Source: a virus (lineage: Duplodnaviria > Caudoviricetes). Taken from it: DNA of 64,000 nt. The translations under genes and the position numbers were made by a program. This document shows, piece by piece, positions 9,489-18,132 of the stretch. How positions within the stretch are numbered: position 1 is the stretch's first letter; each line of letters starts with the position of its first letter. Below the pieces are notes generated by a model that did no database searches, was not told the DNA's origin, and saw only the letters and a list, made by a program, of their open reading frames with translations. The DNA lies in the IMG/VR virus record IMGVR_UViG_3300043394_000609, one strand, 5' to 3'.

Positions 9489-12400
9489 TTATCTAATAAA
9501 GTTTAATCTATCCTTAGTGGAATTATTTATATTACTATGCACTTTCTTTATAACAGCATCTTGTTCTGTTGATAAAGTAGCACCAATAGTATATGTGTAT
9601 GAGCCTACAGTAGAATTGTTTGTTTTACCATATTGTACCTCTTTGTATTTAAGTTTCTTTTCTTTTGGTATTGCATTCTTAATAAATTTATTTAAACGTT
9701 TTTCAATTTTCTCAATTGTGTTAGCGTCGAAAAATTTATTATCATTTGAATTTTTATATAAATTAACAATTGATTCAATTTTACCTTTTTGTGAAAGAAT
9801 TGTACCTAAGAAATTTGAATATAATTCATCAGTAATAACAGGTGAATTAAAATCAATTGTATTGCTTAATCCATCGGTAAATACGTCATAATTTTTATCT
9901 ATACCATTTATTAATTCTTCATAATTTTTATAAAACGTAACGGCATCAAAGTCATTCAATTGAACGGCAGATACTACGTTGTTTTCTAGTTTAGAATCAA
10001 TACCATTTGTAGATAAAACAAAGTTTATCCCATCAATACTTTTTATTATGTTATTCCTAACTTCTTCAACTTTAGATAACGATTTATCTACCTTTATTTT
10101 TTCAAGGAATAAACTAATTTCATTTTTGATGAATGGATCTATTATTTTTCTAGATCTATCTGCTTTAGATGATCCTGAAGCAAAATCAAAATTAAAAACA
10201 TCATTATGATTAGATGTGTTCGCTTTATCTGTTAATTTATTATCAAATCTAGAAAATAAATTTGCAAAATCAGAACCCCCATTATAGTTACCTAATAAAC
10301 TAATTTGTTTTTTAGTCGAAATACCAGTTTGAACATCAATTAATTTATTAGTTCTAAATGTTGGTGATATGAATAATGGTAACAAATCTTCTCCGTATGT
10401 GGTTAATAATGTGTTGTATGTTGATTTAAATAATGAATGATATGAATTAATTGATTCTGAAAGTGACGTTAAATTTTTATTGTAACTTATTTTATCTTCA
10501 TTAAGAGTACCAATAAATGCCCCATTAACTTTATTGTCTTTTGATGTTTCCGTACCAGTTTCTTTTGGTGTTTGTGTCGATGTTTGATTTAATTGTTCTA
10601 AGAAATCAATATTAAATTTAACTAATTCATCTTGATTAACTGTTGATTCAGCTCTATAATCATATACCTCAGTATTAGCATAGAAGTTTGAACTCAAAGC
10701 ATTTTGTAGTCTTGAAACAGGTTCTTTAATACCTTGACCACCGATAAAATATATTTGCAATGTCACATTTGCCAACATTGGTTGTACACCAATACCTTCC
10801 GGGTTTAAATCCCATGTTGTATCGTCAAATGTAATATTTAAATCTTTAATAACAACTTTTGAATTATAAAAATCACCAATTCTCATCACACATACCGGCG
10901 GAGGTCCAAATGTTGTATTTCTAGCATCATATTGTTTTTCACCACTAGGGTTCTTAATTGGTATTGTATCCCCAGGACGTAAACATTGTTGCAAGAATGT
11001 TAATCTAGAATTTAAACCTTCCGGTGTCATTGAGTGAAACGCAGGATGGAAATATTTTAATTTTTCTTTCAATGATGTAAACACAACTGGATCAGTTTCT
11101 TCTAATTTCTTGAAATAGAAACATTCAGATAGTGCTTTCATTATTAATTTCTTAACAACATCTAATGGTGGCCTTCTTGGTACATCTTGTTTACCAACCT
11201 CAATTATTGTTTTACCCTCACCTACAGTTGTTTTTCCAGGAATTTCTTGACCTTTCTTTTCTGGAATATTCTTTTCTGAATCATAATATTGTAAATCAAA
11301 TTGTGTTGTTCTACAAAAGAATGTAATTGGTGCGTATTTTTTTAACCCAGTTGTTGTTTTTAATTCAACATCGTGGCAATTATATTTTGTCCCACTTCCT
11401 GTGGCTTTTTCTCCTTGATTTTTAAATGTGATTGTAAATTCACTATTCGCCTCTTCGGAATATCCTAAATCTTTTAACTTAATATTGTTAAACGTCTCTT
11501 TAATTTCTGTTTTTGATTTTTCAACTTCAGCAGCAGTAGTTTTCCAAGTAACTCCTTGTGAGTAACTACCATCTTTAGACAATCTATTTAAAATATGTTT
11601 AATGATACTATCAGATCTTCTATATGATAATCTCATGTTGTAACTATCATCAGCAACAAACGATGTTGTTGAAGTAATATCAAGTAATATTTTAGATACT
11701 GATTTAGGGTCTTTAGTTAGTTTTTCTTTAATTGCGTCAATTTGAGCATTTAATGCATTGTATTGTTTTTCCATGTCGGAAAACCCTTTTTCAACCTCAT
11801 CTAATGCTTTAGCAATTAATTCAGCGTTTGTTGCCCCATTTGCTTTTGGTGTTGGTGAACCAAAAATAACATTACAATCATGTCTGTTATTTGGTGTGTC
11901 AATATTCAAAATTTGAGTTAACAATGCAGTTAAATTATTTTTATATGTTTGTTTACCACCAAAATATGTTTTAAATAAATCACCATATTTTGCATTTGAT
12001 ACTATCCCAGTTTTTGGTTGTGGAAAGTCATTTTCAAAATATAATGTCCCTGTAACTGCAGGTGCTGGGCCGCCAGCAATTGATTTAGCCGGTTCTGCAC
12101 CAACAATTTTACCAGATTCTACTGTTTGTTCCCCAGCAATATTTTTGAAATTTAATTGTTCGTATGTGTCCTGTCTTTTACCATCTTTATAATATTGAAG
12201 ATATGAAACGATCATTTCAATATCAGATGGGTCTAAATTAATATATTTTCTAACTAGAGAATAAAAATCAACATCTTCACAACCAGCAAAAAATGAATTT
12301 AAAAACATTTCAGCCTCATCATCACTTATTTCTCTAACTAATAAATTTAGAATACTAGGATGATCGACAATTACCTTAAATGAAACCGTTCCAGATCTTT

Positions 12401-14240
12401 GTGTATTTTGATATGTATAAATCGGCTCCGATCTACCAATAAACGTATTGGTTTCCCAGTTCGCGTTATTTTGTTCATTAACTTTTAAATCATAAGGTGG
12501 GAACCACATAACTCTTCCGCCATTCGGACCTCTTTCACAATATGGTAAATCATCATATGTATAGCCAGGTTTGTTTGATGTTTTCCATGCTAGGTTTTCA
12601 ATTGAAAACATATATTTGGTTGCTTGTCCATTAATTATGTTTGTTGAATCCTTGAATGCTTGTTCGCCCATTAAACCACTTGAAACTGGCCCAATATTTA
12701 AATTCCATGGCGTTGACATTACACTATCATTTATTTTTCTGATAGTACCAGTTCTTTTCATTGTGTCAGAATAATTCATGTGTGAACGATCTTTAGTCCA
12801 CACTCTACAATATTCCGTACCATCTTCTTGCCCTGTAGTTTTATTAATGTATTTCACCGCCGAACCTCTTGACATAGTGAAATCACCATCTTTAAAGAAA
12901 CGACTTGTTTGGTCAATAACATTAGCGACATGTGAACGTCCTTCACCACCACTAGGTAATGTTTCTAATATTTCTTGTGTTTTACTTAAAATTGAACCAT
13001 CTCTAAATGTTTGTGATTTAGAAAATGATTGAACAAAAGTAGAACTTTCCGATTTGTCATATTCAAGATTGTGTATACCTAATTTGTTTTGAGATTTACT
13101 ACTAATCCAAGTTAGTTTACCACCAATTTGACCACCTTCGGTAATGTTTTTTTCATTACGGAATAAATTAGTTGACGCTTCGTCAAACATAATTGATAAA
13201 TAATATGGGCTTCTAACTGGGCGATCATTGAAGTCTGACATGGCAAATTTTACATCTTCACCTCTGTCATCTCCGATATATGCACCACCAGTAGGTGCTT
13301 CCATACCTAAAATGTTTTTAACACCTTGTGCTGCTCTATCAATAAAGTTAAAAATCTTACTACTATTTTGTGATCTAGCAGTTGTTGTATAGTTTGGTGC
13401 GTATTTTGAAAATGATAAATTATGATATAACGCACTTTTTTGCCCGTCGCTCAAATATTCAATCATTAAATCAGATGGTTTTGTTGACCCTTTTGGCCTT
13501 CTATCAATACCAAATAATGATCCAATAGCACCAGTAACATCCTGCCATAGTTTACCACCTTCTGTTTTAGCTTCTGGCCTTGGATTAATTGGGTTTGCTG
13601 GATTACTTAAATAATCACCAGGTATTTCTGACCATGGAAACTCAACACCAGCAACTGTTTGAACAAAATCAACACCTTTTCCTAATAAAGATTTGGCAAC
13701 GGTGATTTTATAATTCTTTTCAACTAATGGCTCTCTACCAGTCATTATGTTAATTGCTGTTGATGTATTACCACCTAAAGCATCCATTAACCTAACACGA
13801 CCAACAGTCGCAGCATACATGTTTTGTTTTATTCTAGCTTGAAGTGGACCTTCTGGATCATTCTTAATATAATCAGCAGAAAATTTAAATAATTCAGATT
13901 CATTATCAAAATTACTTGAACCTAAAATACCAATTAAACCATGGTCTTGTCCGGTTCTAAAATATGGGTATAACCCTAATCTATTTTTAGTTAAGGTACT
14001 TAATTGTTCTACTACTTGTGATTCATTTGGAGAAAACGCATTATATGTTTTCCAATACTTTAAATCAACTGGTCTATTAGTAATAACATCACCAGGATCA
14101 ACGTTTGGAAAATCAGACAACGTGCTGACAGAGTATTCGGTTGAAGTCTGTGTTTGTGGACCATTAGGTTGATTTAGCGTCTTACCTAATAGAAAATCTC
14201 TGAATTTTTTTGTTGAATCAAAATCTACGTAACTTGGCAT
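9489..14240 (-). CDS. Large baseplate/tube-initiator protein (gp48/gp54-like domains) with an inserted OmpA-C-like domain
   Basis: WETNTFIGRSEPIYTYQNTQRSGTVSFKV and PPVCVMRIGD..IKDLNITF..QPMLANVTL tube-fold motifs; LYFEND..YNMRLSYRRSDSI OmpA-like motif. Confidence 0.6.
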   Translation of the reverse strand: MPSYVDFDSTKKFRDFLLGKTLNQPNGPQTQTSTEYSVSTLSDFPNVDPGDVITNRPVDLKYWKTYNAFSPNESQVVEQLSTLTKNRLGLYPYFRTGQDHGLIGILGSSNFDNESELFKFSADYIKNDPEGPLQARIKQNMYAATVGRVRLMDALGGNTSTAINIMTGREPLVEKNYKITVAKSLLGKGVDFVQTVAGVEFPWSEIPGDYLSNPANPINPRPEAKTEGGKLWQDVTGAIGSLFGIDRRPKGSTKPSDLMIEYLSDGQKSALYHNLSFSKYAPNYTTTARSQNSSKIFNFIDRAAQGVKNILGMEAPTGGAYIGDDRGEDVKFAMSDFNDRPVRSPYYLSIMFDEASTNLFRNEKNITEGGQIGGKLTWISSKSQNKLGIHNLEYDKSESSTFVQSFSKSQTFRDGSILSKTQEILETLPSGGEGRSHVANVIDQTSRFFKDGDFTMSRGSAVKYINKTTGQEDGTEYCRVWTKDRSHMNYSDTMKRTGTIRKINDSVMSTPWNLNIGPVSSGLMGEQAFKDSTNIINGQATKYMFSIENLAWKTSNKPGYTYDDLPYCERGPNGGRVMWFPPYDLKVNEQNNANWETNTFIGRSEPIYTYQNTQRSGTVSFKVIVDHPSILNLLVREISDDEAEMFLNSFFAGCEDVDFYSLVRKYINLDPSDIEMIVSYLQYYKDGKRQDTYEQLNFKNIAGEQTVESGKIVGAEPAKSIAGGPAPAVTGTLYFENDFPQPKTGIVSNAKYGDLFKTYFGGKQTYKNNLTALLTQILNIDTPNNRHDCNVIFGSPTPKANGATNAELIAKALDEVEKGFSDMEKQYNALNAQIDAIKEKLTKDPKSVSKILLDITSTTSFVADDSYNMRLSYRRSDSIIKHILNRLSKDGSYSQGVTWKTTAAEVEKSKTEIKETFNNIKLKDLGYSEEANSEFTITFKNQGEKATGSGTKYNCHDVELKTTTGLKKYAPITFFCRTTQFDLQYYDSEKNIPEKKGQEIPGKTTVGEGKTIIEVGKQDVPRRPPLDVVKKLIMKALSECFYFKKLEETDPVVFTSLKEKLKYFHPAFHSMTPEGLNSRLTFLQQCLRPGDTIPIKNPSGEKQYDARNTTFGPPPVCVMRIGDFYNSKVVIKDLNITFDDTTWDLNPEGIGVQPMLANVTLQIYFIGGQGIKEPVSRLQNALSSNFYANTEVYDYRAESTVNQDELVKFNIDFLEQLNQTSTQTPKETGTETSKDNKVNGAFIGTLNEDKISYNKNLTSLSESINSYHSLFKSTYNTLLTTYGEDLLPLFISPTFRTNKLIDVQTGISTKKQISLLGNYNGGSDFANLFSRFDNKLTDKANTSNHNDVFNFDFASGSSKADRSRKIIDPFIKNEISLFLEKIKVDKSLSKVEEVRNNIIKSIDGINFVLSTNGIDSKLENNVVSAVQLNDFDAVTFYKNYEELINGIDKNYDVFTDGLSNTIDFNSPVITDELYSNFLGTILSQKGKIESIVNLYKNSNDNKFFDANTIEKIEKRLNKFIKNAIPKEKKLKYKEVQYGKTNNSTVGSYTYTIGATLSTEQDAVIKKVHSNINNSTKDRLNFIR

Positions 14241-14253
14241 CTATGTTTTATAT

Positions 14254-14261
14254 TATAAATA
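14254..14261 (-). promoter_or_regulatory. Putative late promoter TATTTATA
   Basis: 13 nt upstream of the ATG at 14240. Confidence 0.65.
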
Positions 14262-14278
14262 GAGAATTTATTGTTTTA

Positions 14279-16261
14279 TTACGCAACATAGTTCTTCATA
14301 CCTTTACTTAGACTAGATGCTAAATCGGATCTTAACTGTGGGTTTTTATTAATTTCATTTACAAACATTTGTGCCAATTCAGTACTATTACTATTTAAAT
14401 CTACTTTAATGTCTACTTGACTAGTCAACTTATCTTTAACAAAATTTACAGCGTCACTACCTGCTTTTTTACCTGCATCAATTATTTTTTCAACTGGTTC
14501 TTTAACACCTGAGCTTTGATAAAAATCATTTACCTTTTCAGTTCCTTTTTCAATGAAATTTATAACTTTACCATATACGGGATTAACCATATTACTCATA
14601 ACGTCATTTATTTTATTGTTAATGTCTTCTGGTGTCAATTTATCTAAATCTGCATTTTGTTCTATAAGTTGTTCTTTAACAGCCTTAAAAACACCATTAC
14701 TATCGATACCGCTTTTCGCCATATTACCAACCATAAGTAAAATAGCATTAATAGAATTTAATGTTTGCGTAGCAACAGTATATTGTTCTCTAATAACTTC
14801 ATCTGTTGTTTTACTAGCTAATTCTTGTTGTGATTTTGCAATAATAGCTAATTGTGTTGAATTTAATGAAGATGCAGCAATAAATGACTGATTAATTTTT
14901 AACTGTTCTTGTAATTTCTTAGGCAATTCAAACCCAATAACACCTTCTTTCATTGAAGCTAAATTTGATACAAATTCTTTTTGATCATCATCTAAACTAA
15001 AAATATCAATTTCGCTTAATGCTTGCATTTTAACTTGACCTTTAATAGCTGAACTTGTCAATTGTTCCATTGAAACCCCTAATGCTTCAGACATGGCTTT
15101 AGCACGTCTTAAATTTGCACCAGTAACTTCAAATCTACCTTGTTCAGCGTTATACGTCGCTAAAGAACGTGCGGCCCCCAATATACTTGTCTGTAATGAT
15201 TCAACATTATTTGTTGCATCGTACATTAATTTAATTGGATCATTTAAATCACCAAACGCACCACCAATAACTTGTAAGTTTGCCGCCAAATCAATTGCGC
15301 CTTCCGGGTCATATAATTTTTTTGCAACATTAAAAGTTTCTTTCATGTCAAAATTCAATGCTTGAGCTTGTCTAACCATGTTAGATAAACCTTCAACACC
15401 ATTTTTAAACCCGAAATTATTTAATTCTTTTAAATTTTCTGTGATATTTTTTGTTGTTGCTCTTGCTGATAAACCTTGTGCAATTGATTGTTTACCTGCT
15501 TTTTCCATTAATCCAGAAGCGTCAGATAAACTAATACCAACATCTCTAAATCTTTCAGTACTTTCTAATAAAAATTTTGCCGTTTCACCATATGCTGCAC
15601 TTATTTTTAAAGCATTTAAAACAGACTCTCCTTGGTATACCGAGAACTTTTGACTATTAGACACCATTACTTGAGTAGCATCCTTAATATCGTCAAAATT
15701 AATCCCTAATCTTTGTGCGTCAGGTACAATTGAATTAATCGATTTTTGAAAACCCTCAGCATATTCACCTACCATACCACCTTTTTGTGTTATTGATAGT
15801 AACAATTCCCCTTCTCTTTTGTAAGCGTCGGCAACAACGTCTACTGCAACACCAGCAGCGCCACTTAATAATGATTTAATTTGAGCAAATACATTAACAC
15901 CATTATCAATAACACTATTAAATGCGTTTTTAATATCACCAATCTGAACAATTGATCTATTGTAGTTTAATTGATCATATGCTGGTGCAAATGCGGCACC
16001 AACAGCACCTTTAGCAACTGTTTTAACCATATTACCCACACTACTAGCACTATTACTTAATGTACTTATAGCACTATTTGATTGTTGTGTGGTTGAAGCA
16101 ACAGTAGCACCTAATTGTGATCCTTGATTAGCAAGTTCAGCCGCTCTTGATGATGGATAACCACCTCTGATTAAATCTGCTTTAAATTGACCAGAATTAT
16201 TAGAATAACCACCACGTGCAAATTTTTCAAGAACTTGTTTAATTATTTCGTTATCTCCCAT
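14279..16261 (-). CDS. Tail tape measure protein
   Basis: Ala/Gly/Gln-rich, apparently helical 660-aa protein located between the chaperone genes and the baseplate genes; AEALGVS-type repeat. Confidence 0.7.
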   Translation of the reverse strand: MGDNEIIKQVLEKFARGGYSNNSGQFKADLIRGGYPSSRAAELANQGSQLGATVASTTQQSNSAISTLSNSASSVGNMVKTVAKGAVGAAFAPAYDQLNYNRSIVQIGDIKNAFNSVIDNGVNVFAQIKSLLSGAAGVAVDVVADAYKREGELLLSITQKGGMVGEYAEGFQKSINSIVPDAQRLGINFDDIKDATQVMVSNSQKFSVYQGESVLNALKISAAYGETAKFLLESTERFRDVGISLSDASGLMEKAGKQSIAQGLSARATTKNITENLKELNNFGFKNGVEGLSNMVRQAQALNFDMKETFNVAKKLYDPEGAIDLAANLQVIGGAFGDLNDPIKLMYDATNNVESLQTSILGAARSLATYNAEQGRFEVTGANLRRAKAMSEALGVSMEQLTSSAIKGQVKMQALSEIDIFSLDDDQKEFVSNLASMKEGVIGFELPKKLQEQLKINQSFIAASSLNSTQLAIIAKSQQELASKTTDEVIREQYTVATQTLNSINAILLMVGNMAKSGIDSNGVFKAVKEQLIEQNADLDKLTPEDINNKINDVMSNMVNPVYGKVINFIEKGTEKVNDFYQSSGVKEPVEKIIDAGKKAGSDAVNFVKDKLTSQVDIKVDLNSNSTELAQMFVNEINKNPQLRSDLASSLSKGMKNYVA

Positions 16262-16265
16262 GTTA

Positions 16266-16273
16266 TATAAATA
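16266..16273 (-). promoter_or_regulatory. Putative late promoter TATTTATA
   Basis: 4 nt upstream of the tape measure ATG. Confidence 0.65.
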
Positions 16274-16278
16274 TGAAA

Positions 16279-16461
16279 TTAACTATTTGCATCAAGATAC
16301 AAGTTAACATAATTGCCCCTTTCATGTATGGGCATAATTAATAAATCAGAATAGGTAAAACCTTTACCAATTAAAAATGCAATCTCATTCATTTGATTTT
16401 TCTTATAAACCGAAGAAGGGACGAAAAAACTCAACCCCGAAGTCCAATCTAACTCGGACAT
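16279..16461 (-). CDS. gp51-like short ORF, possibly a frameshift extension of the upstream gp26-like gene
   Basis: YSDLLIMPIHERGNYV resembles the short gp51-like ORFs that follow gp26 in T4-like phages; overlaps the upstream ORF in the +1 frame; start uncertain. Confidence 0.55.
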   Translation of the reverse strand: MSELDWTSGLSFFVPSSVYKKNQMNEIAFLIGKGFTYSDLLIMPIHERGNYVNLYLDANS

Positions 16462-17146
16462 TGTCTCCTGACGGGGCTGTAACTGTGAATAGTAAATCTA
16501 AATTTGGTTTATTTTCTGCAACGAATTTTTTAAAATCTTGTGAATCTTTAATTGGCATAGTTTGAATAAATTGATACACCCCCATTTGATCACTATTACC
16601 ATCAACGGATTTAATCATCATTTCCAACCTTTTTGTGTTTAAAGGTGCGATTTGATTACCGGTGATTGATGTTCTAATTTTTTCTAATTCTTTTTCTTGT
16701 TTTGGTGTAAGAAATTTGAATGTAATTGTTTTTTTAGATTGAGGTAAGAAATATTCAAATTCACCAGATGCATTTGGGATTAAAGTAAAATCTTTAATAC
16801 TAATTGAAGATAAATCAATTGTTGCTTCAAATTCTTTACCGGTAACTGGGTCAGTTAATTCAACATTATATTCGGTACCAAATGCGGTATTTCGTAAAAA
16901 GATTAAAACTGCTTGTCTATCTTCATCAGCTAGTTCATCAATTGAAATGTCTTTATCTAAAATCTTTCTTTTTAAAAGTTCTTCAACAACTAAGTCATTT
17001 TGAACTAAATTTGGTGATGTTAATATATTTTCATCAGCAGCATTTAGGTACCCAACCTTAAGTGATTTTTTCTTGTTTTCATAATGCACTCCTTGAGATG
17101 GTAGTTGTACCACATCATATGCAATATTGGGATTGATATTTTCCAT
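16403..17146 (-). CDS. T4 gp26-like baseplate hub/tail assembly chaperone
   Basis: VQLPSQG, DENIL, LIFLRNTAFG, TIDLS and LPQSKKTITFKFLT motifs; C-terminal FF. Confidence 0.75.
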   Translation of the reverse strand: MENINPNIAYDVVQLPSQGVHYENKKKSLKVGYLNAADENILTSPNLVQNDLVVEELLKRKILDKDISIDELADEDRQAVLIFLRNTAFGTEYNVELTDPVTGKEFEATIDLSSISIKDFTLIPNASGEFEYFLPQSKKTITFKFLTPKQEKELEKIRTSITGNQIAPLNTKRLEMMIKSVDGNSDQMGVYQFIQTMPIKDSQDFKKFVAENKPNLDLLFTVTAPSGDNVRVRLDFGVEFFRPFFGL

Positions 17147-17177
17147 ATTTTTATTTTAATTAAATCTTATTGTTTTT

Positions 17178-17206
17178 AATATATACTATTTTTTTAGATT
17201 TATCAA
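17178..17206 (-). promoter_or_regulatory. Possible non-late promoter (TTGATA-N17-TATATT) for the gp26-like gene
   Basis: Lies after the tube-gene terminator; no late motif is present here. Confidence 0.35.
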
Positions 17207-17234
17207 TCATTTCCCTTGAAGTTGGAATATAAAC

Positions 17235-17272
17235 AAAAAAATCCGTAACCAAATAAATGATTTACGGATTTT
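17235..17272 (-). terminator. Intrinsic terminator after the tail tube gene
   Basis: AAAATCCGTAA..TTACGGATTTT inverted repeat followed by a T run. Confidence 0.7.
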
Positions 17273-17297
17273 AAATAATATATTATGTTTCAGTATG

Positions 17298-17786
17298 TTA
17301 GTAAACGTTGATACATCTATCCATTCTAAGACCAGCATCGATTGTTGCAATTTCGTCTTGAGAGTAGTTCAAATCGCCAAAATTTAAACTTGTTAAAAAA
17401 CAACCTTGAAGTATCCATTTTTCAACAACAACACCAGTTGGGTCTAACATTTCTAGTTCAACATCTTTTTTATACCCAGCGGCGTAGCCCATTCTACCTG
17501 TAACTGATTCAGCATGTAAACGGAACCATTCCATTAAAGCTTGAGATGCCGAAGGCCCGATAGGATCCTTGAAAGTAACTTTAATCTCTTCCCAAGTAAA
17601 TCTACCAGCAACGTAAGTTGATGTATTCAAGAAAGGTATTTCAGTTGAATTGATTTTTGCACTAGGACGTGATGTTGAAGTAACATACCACTCATTAATA
17701 CCTAAAGATGATGGGAATCTTAAGATAAATCTATTTTTTCTTTTCGGTTCAAAAGGAACCGGCATTTTCATTAGTAAATCTGCCAT
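17298..17786 (-). CDS. gp19: Tail tube protein (T4 gp19-like)
   Basis: EPKRKNRF, YVAGRFTWEEI.VTF.D, GYKKD, WILQGCF and LNYS motifs; downstream of the sheath gene. Confidence 0.9.
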   Translation of the reverse strand: MADLLMKMPVPFEPKRKNRFILRFPSSLGINEWYVTSTSRPSAKINSTEIPFLNTSTYVAGRFTWEEIKVTFKDPIGPSASQALMEWFRLHAESVTGRMGYAAGYKKDVELEMLDPTGVVVEKWILQGCFLTSLNFGDLNYSQDEIATIDAGLRMDRCINVY

Positions 17787-17823
17787 TAGTTATTATTATT
17801 TGTTTTTTGTTTATTTCTTTTCT

Positions 17824-17831
17824 TATAAATA
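17824..17831 (-). promoter_or_regulatory. Putative late promoter TATTTATA
   Basis: Upstream of the tail tube gene. Confidence 0.65.
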
Positions 17832-17867
17832 TATCAATACTTCAAAATAATTTTTTTTTACCTAAAA

Positions 17868-17899
17868 TTTGACTTTGTCATTTTTTTTATGTAGCTTTT
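17868..17899 (+). promoter_or_regulatory. Possible + strand promoter (TTGACT-N17-TAGCTT, also TTTG-N20-TAGCTTTT) pointing into the AT-rich tract
   Basis: Consensus-like boxes with correct spacing; no + strand ORF downstream. Confidence 0.4.
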
Positions 17900-17901
17900 T
17901 G

Positions 17902-18073
17902 CATAACTCATATAAATAATAAAAATAACTAATAAATAATAATTATATTATAATAAAAAATAACTATATAACTTATAATATATATAACTAATTAATATAT
18001 AATATATATAAATATAATTAATAATATATAATAATATTTTATAATAACTAATTAATAATTAATAAATTATAAA
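17902..18073. other. Extremely AT-rich non-coding tract with six ATAACT copies (candidate origin/DNA-unwinding element)
   Basis: No G on the + strand for about 172 nt; ATAACT at 17903, 17925, 17960, 17968, 17984 and 18044. Confidence 0.5.
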
Positions 18074-18076
18074 GAT

Positions 18077-18113
18077 AAAAATAATGGGGAGAGCTTTCGC
18101 TCTACCCCATTAT
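18077..18113 (-). terminator. Intrinsic terminator after the sheath gene
   Basis: ATAATGGGG(T)AGAGC-GAAA-GCTCTCCCCATTAT followed by a T run. Confidence 0.8.
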
Positions 18114-18132
18114 AGTAAAATCTAGGTTTTTC

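Noticed and set aside
17911-18015. TATAAATA copies inside the AT-rich tract as late promoters
   Set aside because: They are expected by chance in a nearly pure A/T tract and are not positioned next to a start codon
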